Assembly: GCA_044450345.1 (NCBI GenBank)
Contig: JBIOIY010000011.1
Location: forward strand, 1-59,574
Source: Thermodesulfovibrionales bacterium
GTDB lineage: Bacteria; Nitrospirota; Thermodesulfovibrionia; Thermodesulfovibrionales; UBA6898
DNA: 59,574 bases
Direction of reading: 5' to 3'
Shown: positions 37,192 through 47,531 of the stretch, one piece after another
Numbering within the stretch: position 1 is the stretch's first letter
How the letters are laid out: the number at the start of each line of letters is the position of its first letter
The notes under the pieces: generated by a model
Seen by the model: only the letters and a program-made list of their open reading frames with translations
What the model was told of the DNA's origin: nothing
Databases searched by the model: none
Made by a program: the position numbers and the translations under genes

Positions 37192-38874
37192 CTAGGGAAC
37201 AACAAAAGATGCCATGCCAAGGTAATGGGAATCCAGCCTGCCCGAGGGTGTAACCAGCAGGTATACGGTGTATATGCCCGGAGAAAGTTTTGTGACGGAA
37301 AGAGTGAGCGGGTTGACGTCTATGGGGCCGGTCACATTTTTCATCCACGGCTCGATGCCTGCCACAGGAACTCCCGAGAGGACCTGCCGAGCGTCCTGAA
37401 ATGAGAAGACGTGAAAGGTAAAGTCGGGTTTTACCAAAAAAATGTTCGCCGGATCGGTCGATACCGAATACGCAATATACAAATCGACAGGCGCGGTAAA
37501 TCGGGCCAGCGCAACCTGGAACTGGACCGTCTTTCCGCCAGAGGCAATGGGACCGAAACCAAAGGGGTTCAACTGTGCAGGATCGAGGGCCGCCGTGGGA
37601 GAATCGACTGTCGGAAAAGTGAAGGCCTGCCGCCCCGCCGGAACAGGAATGCCTGTAACGGTTTCGATGACTCTGTAGATGCTCCCCGATTTATAATCCG
37701 AAAGGTATATACTGCCGGATTCATCCTCACCGAAGGTAGTAATGGCATAGGGGGAAGCAAACAAGATAGTATTTTGAAACGATCCGCCATCCTTCTTTAA
37801 TCCCCTAATCCGGCCGGTGCAGTAATCTCCGTAGAGATAGACCTCCTGCAGCCCGGGGTACTTCTGCCCACGGTAAACCATTCCGCCTATGACTGCACAG
37901 TCCCCGGTGGTATGGTCGTATTCGGCCACTGGAAGGACGAGACCTGCCGAGCTGCAGGATGTACTGAGATAACAGTGAGAGGCCTCCATGATGTTCCATC
38001 CGTAATTTTCGCCGCCAGTACTCGCCGCAGGCTGGAAATCGACCTCTTCATAGAGGTTCTGCCCCACATCGCCGATATAGAGGTCCCCTGTCTGACGGTC
38101 GAACGAAAACCGCCAGGGGTTTCGCAGCCCTAAGGCCCAGATTTCAGGTAGATAACCTAGAGTCTGGACAAAAGGGTTTGTCGGGGGCACGCTATATGGT
38201 AACGTGCCGGACTCGACATCGATCCTAAGCATTTTGCCGAGCAGCGAACCGTGGTTTTGCGCGTACTTGCGCGGATCGCCGGCCGACCCGCCATCGCCCA
38301 TCCCTATATAAAGAAACCCGTCAGGCCCGAAGGCCAATTGACCGCCGTTATGGTTGGGAAAAGGCTGGCTGATAACCAGGAGGCGCTCTTCGCTTAAATG
38401 ATCGGCGATGTCAGGGTTGGCGCTTACATGATAACGCGCAACTACCGTCGCGCCGTCAGGCTGCCGGGTATAATTTACATAGAAGCGGCCGCTGGTTGCG
38501 AAACCGGGTGGAAAGGCCACACTGAGCAGGCCCCTCTCCCCCCCTGACAAGACCCGGTCTGATATGTCGAGAAACGGCGCCGCAAGAAGAACGTCGGCCC
38601 TGATTATCATGATGCGCCCGCCCTGTTCCACCACGAATAACCGCCTGCTGTCATCACCCGCGTGAGTAATGTCTACCGGGTGGACGAGCCCTCCGTTTAC
38701 TTTGATCAATGAGATGTTCGGCCAGGCAGTGACAACGGCGGCGGCTTCATGCTGCATCGAGAGTAGACAGGCTGCCAGCAAAAGAGCGCACACTGCGCTT
38801 GCCGGGACCGGGATAGAAATCTTTCGGTTTCCCGCATACGTTTTCAGATTGGAGAATAGACTGGCGATGAACAT
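37192..38874 (-). CDS. Secreted PQQ-dependent sugar dehydrogenase-like beta-propeller (GSDH) with an extra C-terminal domain
   Basis: ERGLLSVAF, NHNGGQLAFGPDG.LYIG.GDGG, GLRNPWRFSFD, GDVGQ, NYGW. Confidence 0.88.
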   Translation of the reverse strand: MFIASLFSNLKTYAGNRKISIPVPASAVCALLLAACLLSMQHEAAAVVTAWPNISLIKVNGGLVHPVDITHAGDDSRRLFVVEQGGRIMIIRADVLLAAPFLDISDRVLSGGERGLLSVAFPPGFATSGRFYVNYTRQPDGATVVARYHVSANPDIADHLSEERLLVISQPFPNHNGGQLAFGPDGFLYIGMGDGGSAGDPRKYAQNHGSLLGKMLRIDVESGTLPYSVPPTNPFVQTLGYLPEIWALGLRNPWRFSFDRQTGDLYIGDVGQNLYEEVDFQPAASTGGENYGWNIMEASHCYLSTSCSSAGLVLPVAEYDHTTGDCAVIGGMVYRGQKYPGLQEVYLYGDYCTGRIRGLKKDGGSFQNTILFASPYAITTFGEDESGSIYLSDYKSGSIYRVIETVTGIPVPAGRQAFTFPTVDSPTAALDPAQLNPFGFGPIASGGKTVQFQVALARFTAPVDLYIAYSVSTDPANIFLVKPDFTFHVFSFQDARQVLSGVPVAGIEPWMKNVTGPIDVNPLTLSVTKLSPGIYTVYLLVTPSGRLDSHYLGMASFVVP

Positions 38875-38987
38875 TTTTACCTCCATCCCGGACCGGGCTG
38901 CGCTTAAATATAATCACGGCCCATCATTATTACAAGTGTATCAGACAAATAAACTAGCGCCTATAGGACAAACAAATGGGCTTTAGT

Positions 38988-39261
38988 AGGCCGTTGAAAA
39001 ACTGCACTGCGTTTTTGATGGTCATTCCCGTGGAAACGGGAATCCATCCCTCTTCAATTCCCCCTTAAGATAACGCCCCCAGGCTCCCTGCCTGCCGGCA
39101 GGCATGGCGCCTTTCCCCCTCTTTCCGCACTCAGGCGGATTCGCCGAGGAGAAAAGATAAGAGGGGGTTAAGGGGAGTTATGATTTCCGAAGTGGGGTCT
39201 GGATACCCGCCTTCGCGAGTATGACAGCGTTATTGACAAAAGGGGACTTTTTCAACAATCT
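38988..39261. mobile_element. MITE-like element with nested REP repeats
   Basis: Imperfect terminal IRs AGGCCGTTGAAAAACT / (rc) AGATTGTTGAAAAAGT; contains GTCATTCCCG-type, CCCCCTT-type and CCTGCCTGCCGGCAGG repeats; no transposase. Confidence 0.6.
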
Positions 39262-39305
39262 GTTAGCGCAGTCGTTCCGAATTGATTAAAGATTTAGGAT
39301 GAAGC

Positions 39306-39800
39306 TCAATGCTTCAGGGGAAAAGACCAGCTCAGAGACCAGTCTGTGACGGCCTTGTACATCTGCTTTGTGAAACGAACGTCCCCTTTCGCCTGCAACG
39401 CCGCAGGTTCTCCTCCGCCGTTCGCTGCAGCAGTCATCTTTTTCAACGGGACCTCGACAGTCAGCAAATTCAATCCGCCCATGTCTTCCAGGTGGATGGA
39501 AAGTCTATTGTCAGCCAGTGTGTCTTTTATATACCTTTCGAAGCTCCCGCTTATTGGGGAAACAGTCAGGGTGTAGCGCAGTGTGCCGGTCTCCCAGGTG
39601 GTAGTTAATTCGGCTTCGGTGTTTTCGAGCTGTGAGAGTATTTTCTTGTCCCATTTCTTTGCCTCAGCCAGATATTTTGTCTCCGACAGGGCCTTATCCG
39701 CGCCGGGTTTGCACGAGATGCACCATAATAGAGATAAGGCAGGTACTAAAAAAAGAAGCGGTTTAAAGCGAATAAACCATTGCATTGCAAAACGTATCAT
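39306..39800 (-). CDS. Hypothetical lipoprotein
   Basis: Hydrophobic N-terminus ending CISC; soluble remainder. Start may be 39785. Confidence 0.6.
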   Translation of the reverse strand: MIRFAMQWFIRFKPLLFLVPALSLLWCISCKPGADKALSETKYLAEAKKWDKKILSQLENTEAELTTTWETGTLRYTLTVSPISGSFERYIKDTLADNRLSIHLEDMGGLNLLTVEVPLKKMTAAANGGGEPAALQAKGDVRFTKQMYKAVTDWSLSWSFPLKH

Positions 39801-39894
39801 ACGAAATCGCCGCGATAAAGGGCAAGATAAAAATGACGCTCCGGCCTGCGGTCGGTCTATGACAGATCCGATGGCACGGGGTATAATAAAAGAG

Positions 39895-40659
39895 ATGCAT
39901 ATCCTGGCGGTCGATCACCTCGGAGAAGACAGGGAGGCCCTGAGCCTGGCCCTTGCGCAAACCCTTGGGATTACTCTCTATGAGGCGCGCGCACGCATCT
40001 CCGGCGCTGGAATGGGGCCGGTCATCATCGCAAGTTTCAGCGATAAGCTCGACGCGGACAACAGGGCAGAACAACTCCGTGCCGCCCGCATAAGTCCCCT
40101 TGTCCTCAGCCAGGATGAGATAGAGACAGACGAGAAAAGGACCATCGCCCGCACCTTTGTCCTGGCGGACACCGAGCTGGTAGTCGGTACGAGGACAGGG
40201 GAGGAAGTGAGGATGGCCTATTCAGGCGTCACTCTCATCATTCGCGGGACACGGATAACGCATACTACCCGGACGGAGACTGAAAAAAGCACTAAGTTCG
40301 CCCTTGACCGGGCGATCATGTCGGGCGGCCTCATGCTGACCAAGTCGGTAAAGGTGACAAGCACTACCAGCACCGACGTGCGCGACGGCTTCTTCCATCT
40401 CTACGGCGCCACTCTCCCGCCGGTCGTCTTTCCCGAATCGGGCGTGCTCTACGATTCCCTCGGCCCGGCGCTCCAGCTTACGAGGACGGCCAACTTCACA
40501 CGCCTGCTGGGGGAACTGAGACAACGCTGCACCGCGGCGGTATTCGACGACCGTCTCGTCAACAGGCCAGGTCAGGTCCGCCTGCTGGGGCCTCGCTTCA
40601 CTCCCGAGGCGCACCTGGATATCGCGATATCAGTTCTCGCCCGCTCCCTCAGATCTTAG
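39895..40659 (+). CDS. Hypothetical protein
   Basis: Start reassigned to ATG 39895, 7 nt after TATAAT; the upstream part of the track ORF overlaps the opposite-strand gene. Confidence 0.7.
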   Translation: MHILAVDHLGEDREALSLALAQTLGITLYEARARISGAGMGPVIIASFSDKLDADNRAEQLRAARISPLVLSQDEIETDEKRTIARTFVLADTELVVGTRTGEEVRMAYSGVTLIIRGTRITHTTRTETEKSTKFALDRAIMSGGLMLTKSVKVTSTTSTDVRDGFFHLYGATLPPVVFPESGVLYDSLGPALQLTRTANFTRLLGELRQRCTAAVFDDRLVNRPGQVRLLGPRFTPEAHLDIAISVLARSLRS

Positions 40660-40790
40660 GTCTTTCGCCATATAACCCGGCTAATCGGGACAAAAAAATT
40701 CTTGAGAGTAAATAAAATAAAGGGTAGATTAAGTATAATAAAAGACGCGACCAAAACGGGTCCGGTTGAACATATGAGAGAGGGGCTTTA

Positions 40791-43445
40791 ATGAAAGAAA
40801 ATAACAAAGGCAGCGATTCGGGACACGATTTTATGAGAACAAGTCTTGTCCTCGGGTGCTTCTTCCTTTTACTTTTTTACGTCCTTCCGGTATCCGCAGC
40901 AAACCAGAACAGCGGCGTATCATCGTCTCCCGAATGGGTCATCGGCGTGCCATGGGAGGGAGAGACCGGAATCACCGAGACGGTCGGTCAGATCATGCAA
41001 AGGGAACGGGCGAGAGAACTCATCCGCGGCCCGGAGGTACAGAGGATCATTCCTTTCAGGACTAATCCTAATCGTAAAAATAATCCCCAAAATCCGGCCT
41101 CACCTGCTGTCTCCGGCTCGCCTGCCTCTAGCGGTATCGGCCCGTTAATCTCTGTGAGACCCTACACCCCGCAGGTTGTAGGTCCGCCCAACTTCCTCGG
41201 GGCCACCCTTGCAGATACAGGCGCCTTCCCCCCTGACACGATGGGTGCAGTAGGCCCTACACAGTATATCGTCGCACTCAATGGCAGGATCCGTTCCTTC
41301 ACTAAGGCCGGCGTTCTTGACCATATGCTGGATGTAGACACCGACGCATTTTTCACCTCGGTGATGACGCAGCCGGTGTCCTCGAACTTTACGTCCGACA
41401 TTCGTATCCGCTATGACCGGCTTTCCGGAAGATGGTTCATCACCATGATCGATGTTCCAGGCCTATCGGCTACCCAGCCGAACCGTATCATGATCGCGGT
41501 CAGCAGCGGCGACACGATCATAGGTACATCAAGCTTTACCTTTTTTCAGTTTCAGCAAGACCTGCCCCCACCTAATGCGGATACAGGCAAGTTTGCCGAT
41601 TATCCGACGCTGGGTATCGATGCCAATGCCTTATACATAGGCGTCAACATTTTTAATTCATCGGGCAACTTTACCGGTACAACAGGCTTTGTTGTTCGGA
41701 AAAGTTCAATCCTCGGAGCCGGCCCGATTTTCGTGACCGCCTTCCGCGGCCTTGTACCGAGCCCCGGGACCTCTGACGGCCCTTACACTCCCCAGGGCGT
41801 AGACAATTACGATCCATCGGCTACACAAGGGTACTTCATCGGAGTGAGTAATACCCTTTTTGGAGAACTAGTTCTGCGGAGGATAAGCAACCCCGGCGGA
41901 ACGCCTTCTATCAGCGGTAACGTCTTCATTACGGTACCCGCTACATTTTATCCTCTTTCGGTACCGCACCGTGGAAATACCGGAGGAACAAACGGCAACC
42001 TCGACGCCCTTGACGACCGGCTATTTGCGGCACATCTCAGAAACGGAAGCCTCTGGACAGCCCATAACATAGGTCTAAATAGTGCCGGAGCCTCAATTGT
42101 CGACCATTCAACCATTCCTCCAACATGCCCCACATGCGACCGGGACGGATCGAGATGGTATGAGATAGACAATCTGTCGACAACGCCGACCCTTCGACAG
42201 TCCGGGACGGTATTTGATAATGCTGCCACGACCCCGAGGTTTTACTGGATACCATCGATTATGGTCTCAGGACAAGGGCATGCTGCGATGGGATTCAGCA
42301 CCGCAGGCACGAATTATTTTGTTGATGCCGCCACTGTGGGCCGGCTTGAAGGAGATCCCGGCGGTACGATGCAAACACCTTTCCTTTACACCACAAGTAC
42401 TACCTCATACAACCCATTGAATGATCCAGGCGCACTTGGCGCGCCTCGACGCTGGGGAGATTTCTCTTACACGAGTCTCGACCCCAGTGACGACATGACC
42501 ATGTGGACGATCCAGGAATTCTGTAACGCAACAAACTCTTACGGCGTGCAGGTAGTAAAACTCCTCGCCCCGCCGCCGGCCACGCCGTCTTCTGCGTCTC
42601 CTTCGAGCGTTCATACCGGACTGAACTCCCCGGTGGACGTAGTTGTTACCGGCACATCAACAAACGGTTCGGGCTTTTTCGATCCAGGGCCGGGGTTTGA
42701 CAACCGTATCGATGCGGACATCGACTTAGTCGGTTCCAATATCCTAATCAATAGCGTTACCTATACCGATCCCACGCACGTCACGTTGAACATCTCTACG
42801 AAATTCGCCAGTCCGGGGTCTTTCGACGTTACCGTCACCAACCCTGACGGACAGTCCGCGACCAGCACGTCTCCCATCTTCACGATCACGGCACCCTGTT
42901 CCGCAATAATCAGCCCTTCCGGGCCGGCCCTTGATGCCACGTATGGCGTTCTTTTCAGCCAGCAATTCTCAGCAAGCGGCTGTACATCGCCATACACATT
43001 CGCGCTTACAGGCCAGCTTCCCACCGGGATGACCTTCTCGGACCCCACACTTTCGGGAACGCCGTTTCAGGTCGGGAGCTTTCCGATCACGGTCACTGCC
43101 ACTGACGCCGAAGGCGCTTCCGCTAGCCAGGGCTATACCCTGACAGTCACCACAGCCCCAGGCACGGCTGCAGTACAAATACAAAACGGCCCGGTACCTT
43201 TTCAATCGATCCAGTCGGCATATGATCACCCTGTGGTGAACGGAGATATCATCCAGGCCCAGGCGATCGATTTTGTGGAGTCGCCTGTGTTTGACAACCC
43301 AAACAACCTCAACCCGTTTTCGATCACCCTTTCAGGCGGATGGGACCAGGCATTTAGCACTAATACCGGCACTTACACAAAGATCATGGGCAGCCTGACC
43401 ATAGCCAAAGGCACAGTCACCATCGAAAATGTGATCTTTCACTGA
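40791..43445 (+). CDS. Large secreted protein (PPDT..AVGP propeller-like domain, Ig-like/He_PIG domains, conserved C-terminal domain)
   Basis: Signal peptide; PPDTMGAVGP, YDRLSGRWF, DYPTLG, RWGDFS; VTVTNPDG and LPTGM...LSGTP Ig repeats. Confidence 0.8.
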   Translation: MKENNKGSDSGHDFMRTSLVLGCFFLLLFYVLPVSAANQNSGVSSSPEWVIGVPWEGETGITETVGQIMQRERARELIRGPEVQRIIPFRTNPNRKNNPQNPASPAVSGSPASSGIGPLISVRPYTPQVVGPPNFLGATLADTGAFPPDTMGAVGPTQYIVALNGRIRSFTKAGVLDHMLDVDTDAFFTSVMTQPVSSNFTSDIRIRYDRLSGRWFITMIDVPGLSATQPNRIMIAVSSGDTIIGTSSFTFFQFQQDLPPPNADTGKFADYPTLGIDANALYIGVNIFNSSGNFTGTTGFVVRKSSILGAGPIFVTAFRGLVPSPGTSDGPYTPQGVDNYDPSATQGYFIGVSNTLFGELVLRRISNPGGTPSISGNVFITVPATFYPLSVPHRGNTGGTNGNLDALDDRLFAAHLRNGSLWTAHNIGLNSAGASIVDHSTIPPTCPTCDRDGSRWYEIDNLSTTPTLRQSGTVFDNAATTPRFYWIPSIMVSGQGHAAMGFSTAGTNYFVDAATVGRLEGDPGGTMQTPFLYTTSTTSYNPLNDPGALGAPRRWGDFSYTSLDPSDDMTMWTIQEFCNATNSYGVQVVKLLAPPPATPSSASPSSVHTGLNSPVDVVVTGTSTNGSGFFDPGPGFDNRIDADIDLVGSNILINSVTYTDPTHVTLNISTKFASPGSFDVTVTNPDGQSATSTSPIFTITAPCSAIISPSGPALDATYGVLFSQQFSASGCTSPYTFALTGQLPTGMTFSDPTLSGTPFQVGSFPITVTATDAEGASASQGYTLTVTTAPGTAAVQIQNGPVPFQSIQSAYDHPVVNGDIIQAQAIDFVESPVFDNPNNLNPFSITLSGGWDQAFSTNTGTYTKIMGSLTIAKGTVTIENVIFH

Positions 43446-43537
43446 CGCCTTATCGCATATCAAAATATTGGATCTTCGCGTAAGAGTGTGGAGCATTTTG
43501 TTCTATTCGGAAGTTTTCAAATCTAGATGAAGATAAC

Positions 43538-44317
43538 ATGATAGAAATTTATAAGAAACTGCCGAAAACTAACTGCGGAAAGTGCGGTTCAGCAACTTGC
43601 ATGGTCTTTGCCATGAGGATCAAGAAAGCACAGGCCGATCTGTCTGACTGCCCCTATGTAAAAGGCGAGGCATCTGAAGGGGCACAAGCGAATTCGCTGA
43701 CAACGTCCCCCAGCGGGTACGAGCACGTTGCAAAAGAGATCGAGAAAGAGGCGGTGAGCGTCGATTTCAGGCAGGCCGCAGAGGCGATTGGCGGAGCGTA
43801 TATTTTCCGTGGCGACAAAGAAGCCATAAAGCTAAAGATGATTAATAAAACTTATGAACTGTGTAAAGAGGGGTTGTTCGAAAATGATGAATACAGCCGC
43901 GACACCTGGGCGAGGATAATCATATGCGATTATGTACGCAGACAGTCAACCAGACCTCTTACAGGGGAATTGATAGAACTTGGACACTTCCCCCATACCG
44001 CTTCTTATGTGAAGGCGTTCCAGAGCAATGCAGAGAGAAAGATAGCAGACGTGTTCAAAAATAATGCGCTGGGGTTAAGACAGCGTTGCGAGGAATTGGG
44101 AGGCGCCGAGATCTCAACCAGGCTAAAGGCAGATTATAGCTTCAGGTTCGACCTCCTGCCGAATGTGCCTCTATTCCTCTCTTTCTGGTCCGCCGACGAA
44201 GAGTTCGATGCCGAATGCAAAATGCTATTCGACCGAAGCGCAGAGTTCCATATCGATATCGAGTATCTTGCCAACCTGCTGGAAAGATTCACTGCCCAGC
44301 TGGCAGGGGAGCAGTAA
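43538..44317 (+). CDS. Fe-S cluster domain + DUF3786-like protein (paralog of 9162-9926)
   Basis: LPKTNCGKC...TCMVFA...CP; LLP.VP...FW.ADEEF...LFD. Confidence 0.8.
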   Translation: MIEIYKKLPKTNCGKCGSATCMVFAMRIKKAQADLSDCPYVKGEASEGAQANSLTTSPSGYEHVAKEIEKEAVSVDFRQAAEAIGGAYIFRGDKEAIKLKMINKTYELCKEGLFENDEYSRDTWARIIICDYVRRQSTRPLTGELIELGHFPHTASYVKAFQSNAERKIADVFKNNALGLRQRCEELGGAEISTRLKADYSFRFDLLPNVPLFLSFWSADEEFDAECKMLFDRSAEFHIDIEYLANLLERFTAQLAGEQ

Positions 44318-44388
44318 AAAAGACCATACATGACGGACTCTGCCGGCAATGATCGGCTATTTCTTATGACAGAGAACACACCATCCGG

Positions 44389-45096
44389 CTATCCCTTCAG
44401 TTTCTCCAGCGCCTCTTTCGCCGCCAGGGCCTCGGCCTCTTTTTTCCTCTTCCCCGAGGCGACACCGAGTTCCCTGCCGTCCAGGAACACCGCGACTGTA
44501 AAGACCCTCTTGTGTTCCATCCCCTGTTCTTCGATGACCCTGTATTCCGGAAGGGTACCGTAGAGAAGCTGCGTCTTCTCCTGGAGTTCGGTTTTGTAGT
44601 CGTACAATTCCCCCTCTTCGATTACCCTGCCGATCCTCTCCTTAAAAAATGCGCGTACAATCTCCCGTGCCTTTGCGAACCCGCCGTCGAGGTACACCGC
44701 ACCTATGACCGCCTCCAGGGCATCGGAGAGGATCGACTTTTTGATCCGGCCGCCGGTTGAATCCTCTCCTTTGCCGAGCAGGATATATCTGCCGAGCGAA
44801 AGCGAGACCGCGATATCTGCGAGGACCGCTTCGCAAACCAGGTAGGACTTCATCTTTGCCAGGACCGATTCGTCATATTTTTCTTCGAGGAGAAAGAGAT
44901 ATTCCACAACAACCAGCCCTATTACCGAGTCGCCCAGAAATTCGAGCCGTTCGTTGTATGCGGGGCTTTTCGCCCTGTTTTCGTGGTAGTAGGACTTATG
45001 CGTGAGTGCCTTGGCGAGAAGGTCCTTGTTCTCGAAGAAATAGCCGAGTTTATCTTCGAGGTCTTCTACGTTGCGTTGCGTTTTAGAAGGGGTCAA
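44389..45096 (-). CDS. rnc: Ribonuclease III
   Basis: [20 protein letters not shown]-terminal dsRBD. Confidence 0.97.
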   Translation of the reverse strand: MTPSKTQRNVEDLEDKLGYFFENKDLLAKALTHKSYYHENRAKSPAYNERLEFLGDSVIGLVVVEYLFLLEEKYDESVLAKMKSYLVCEAVLADIAVSLSLGRYILLGKGEDSTGGRIKKSILSDALEAVIGAVYLDGGFAKAREIVRAFFKERIGRVIEEGELYDYKTELQEKTQLLYGTLPEYRVIEEQGMEHKRVFTVAVFLDGRELGVASGKRKKEAEALAAKEALEKLKG

Positions 45097-46337
45097 TTTG
45101 CGAATTTCTTAAAGAGCAGGCAGGCGTTCGTGCCGCCGAAGCCGAAAGAATTCGACAGTGCGGCCCTGATATCCGCCTTCCTCGCCGTATGCGGAACGTA
45201 ATCGAGATCGCATTCCGGATCAGGATTGTCGAGGTTGATCGTTGGCGGTACCATACCGTTATGGATAGTCAACGCGCAGATGACCGCTTCAACCCCTCCC
45301 GCAGCGCCCAGGAGGTGTCCGGTCATCGACTTCGTAGAACTGACCGCGACCTTATAGGCGTGCTCCTTGAAAACAGTCTTGATCGCCAGGGTCTCCAGTT
45401 CGTCCCCGTATTTCGTCGACGTCCCATGCGCGTTTATGTAATCGACTTCCCAGGGGTCCATGCCCGCGTCCCGCAGGGCCATCGTCATACACCGCGCCGC
45501 GCCCTCGCCCCCGGGGGCCGGAGAGGTAATATGATATGCGTCTCCCGTAAGGCCGTAACCCGCAATTTCCGCGTAGATCTTCGCCTTTCTCGCAAGGGCA
45601 TGGCCCAGTTCCTCGATAATCAGGATGCCGGACCCCTCGCCCATGATGAAACCGTCCCTGTCCCTGTCAAAGGGACGGCTCGCCTTCTCCGGTTCGTCGT
45701 TCCTCGTCGACAGCGCCTTCATCGCGTTGAACCCTCCGATCCCCATCGAAGTGATGCAGGATTCTGTGCCGCCCGCGATCATCGCGTCCGCATCGCCCCG
45801 CTGGATGACCTTGAACGCGTCGCCTATGGCGTGGCTGCCCGTTGCACATGCGGTAGCAGGGGCCGAGTTCGGGCCTTTTGCTCCAAACTTTATCGATATC
45901 TGTCCCGCGGCGAGATTGATGATAAGCATCGGGATAAAAAACGGCGTGATCCTTCGCGGGCCCTTTTCGAGCAACACCTTATGGTAATGCTCGATCGCCG
46001 GAAGACCGCCCATTCCGGAACCCACATAAACCCCGACGCGCGCGGCATTATGCTCGTCTACCTTCAGACCGGAATCTTCCATGGCCATGGTCGAGGCGGC
46101 AACGCCGAAATGGATAAACCTGTCCATCTTCTTGACCTCTTTCGGCTCGATATAGTCTTCAGGGTTGAAGCCGTCGACCTCGCCCGCTATCTTCGTTGCA
46201 AACGAGGAAGCGTCGAACTGGGTTATCCTTCTGACGCCCGAGCGCCCCTGAAGCAATCCGCTCCAGCTTTTTTCTACACCGATGCCGAGAGGGCTGATAA
46301 GCCCCAGGCCTGTGACAACGACCCTTCTTCCGCTCAT
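45093..46337 (-). CDS. fabF: 3-oxoacyl-ACP synthase II
   Basis: [29 protein letters not shown]. Confidence 0.97.
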   Translation of the reverse strand: MSGRRVVVTGLGLISPLGIGVEKSWSGLLQGRSGVRRITQFDASSFATKIAGEVDGFNPEDYIEPKEVKKMDRFIHFGVAASTMAMEDSGLKVDEHNAARVGVYVGSGMGGLPAIEHYHKVLLEKGPRRITPFFIPMLIINLAAGQISIKFGAKGPNSAPATACATGSHAIGDAFKVIQRGDADAMIAGGTESCITSMGIGGFNAMKALSTRNDEPEKASRPFDRDRDGFIMGEGSGILIIEELGHALARKAKIYAEIAGYGLTGDAYHITSPAPGGEGAARCMTMALRDAGMDPWEVDYINAHGTSTKYGDELETLAIKTVFKEHAYKVAVSSTKSMTGHLLGAAGGVEAVICALTIHNGMVPPTINLDNPDPECDLDYVPHTARKADIRAALSNSFGFGGTNACLLFKKFAN

Positions 46338-46567
46338 TAAGGCTGTTTTTTCTTTATATACTCTATGGCGTCTTTCACCTTCGTTATCTTTTCCGCGTCT
46401 TCATCGGGAATTTCTATATTGAAGGTCTCCTCAAAGGCCATAACGAGTTCTACGGTATCAAGCGAGTCCGCACCGAGATCTTCGACGAACGAAGCCTCCG
46501 GCGTCACTTCGGCGACATTGACGCCGAGCTGTTTTGCAATTATCTCCTTCACCTTTTCATCAGTCAT
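46337..46567 (-). CDS. acpP: Acyl carrier protein
   Basis: [18 protein letters not shown]. Confidence 0.98.
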   Translation of the reverse strand: MTDEKVKEIIAKQLGVNVAEVTPEASFVEDLGADSLDTVELVMAFEETFNIEIPDEDAEKITKVKDAIEYIKKKQP

Positions 46568-46661
46568 TACTATTCCTCCCGCTTATTTCAAATTTAAATG
46601 CATCTCGAACAACAGCCGCATGCCCATGACAAACGGCCCCCCTCTTTTCTATGATAAATCC

Positions 46662-47402
46662 TCACATATACATCCCGCCATTGACGTGTATCACCTGCCC
46701 CGTGATATATCCCGACTCCGGGGACGCGAGGAAAGAGACGGCGTGTGCAACATCTTCCACAGATCCGAATTTTCCGACCGGTATAGATTTTAACATTTCT
46801 TGCTTCACATTTTCAGCAAGGGCGTCCGTCATCGCCGTTGCGATGAACCCGGGCGCCACGGCGTTCACGGTTATTCCCCTGCTTGCGTATTCCCGTGCGA
46901 CAGTCTTTGTCAGCCCCACAATCCCGGCCTTGGAGGCGCTGTAATTGGCCTGCCCGGGGTTTCCCATAAAGGCGACGACCGATGCGATATTTATGATCCT
47001 TCCGTATTTTTGCTTGACCATTACCTTCACGGCCTCTTTCGAACAGAGAAAAACTCCCTTGAGATTTATATTGATCACCGCATCCCAGTCCTCTTCCTTC
47101 ATCCTTAATACGAGACCGTCCCTTGTTATGCCGGCGTTGTTCACCACGATGTCGATCCTGCCAAACTCCCTTACTATGTCCCCGAACACCTTCACCACCT
47201 GGTCCGACTTCGAGACATCGAGTCTGAACGACTGGGTCTTGACGCCGCGTGCGGCGAGCTCTTTCGCAGTTTCCGAGGCGCTCTCCACCGACACGTCGGC
47301 GATGGCGAGATTCACGCCCTTCTTTGCAAGGTCCTCGGCAATCGTTTTCCCTATGCCCCTTGCGCCGCCCGTCACCAAGGCAACCTGCCCTTTACAATCC
47401 AT
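46662..47402 (-). CDS. fabG: 3-oxoacyl-ACP reductase
   Basis: TGGARGIG, NNAGITRD, YSASK; ATG 47402 preferred. Confidence 0.96.
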   Translation of the reverse strand: MDCKGQVALVTGGARGIGKTIAEDLAKKGVNLAIADVSVESASETAKELAARGVKTQSFRLDVSKSDQVVKVFGDIVREFGRIDIVVNNAGITRDGLVLRMKEEDWDAVININLKGVFLCSKEAVKVMVKQKYGRIINIASVVAFMGNPGQANYSASKAGIVGLTKTVAREYASRGITVNAVAPGFIATAMTDALAENVKQEMLKSIPVGKFGSVEDVAHAVSFLASPESGYITGQVIHVNGGMYM

Positions 47403-47531
47403 AGACACCCCCTAAAAAACGTCTTTAATTTTAACAAAGTGGCAGTTTCTTTTCCAGTACTTTTCTATGGTATAATTAATTTCGTCTGCAAACCTAATAA
47501 ATCGAAAAATCCTGAAAAGAGAGAGGGTTAT

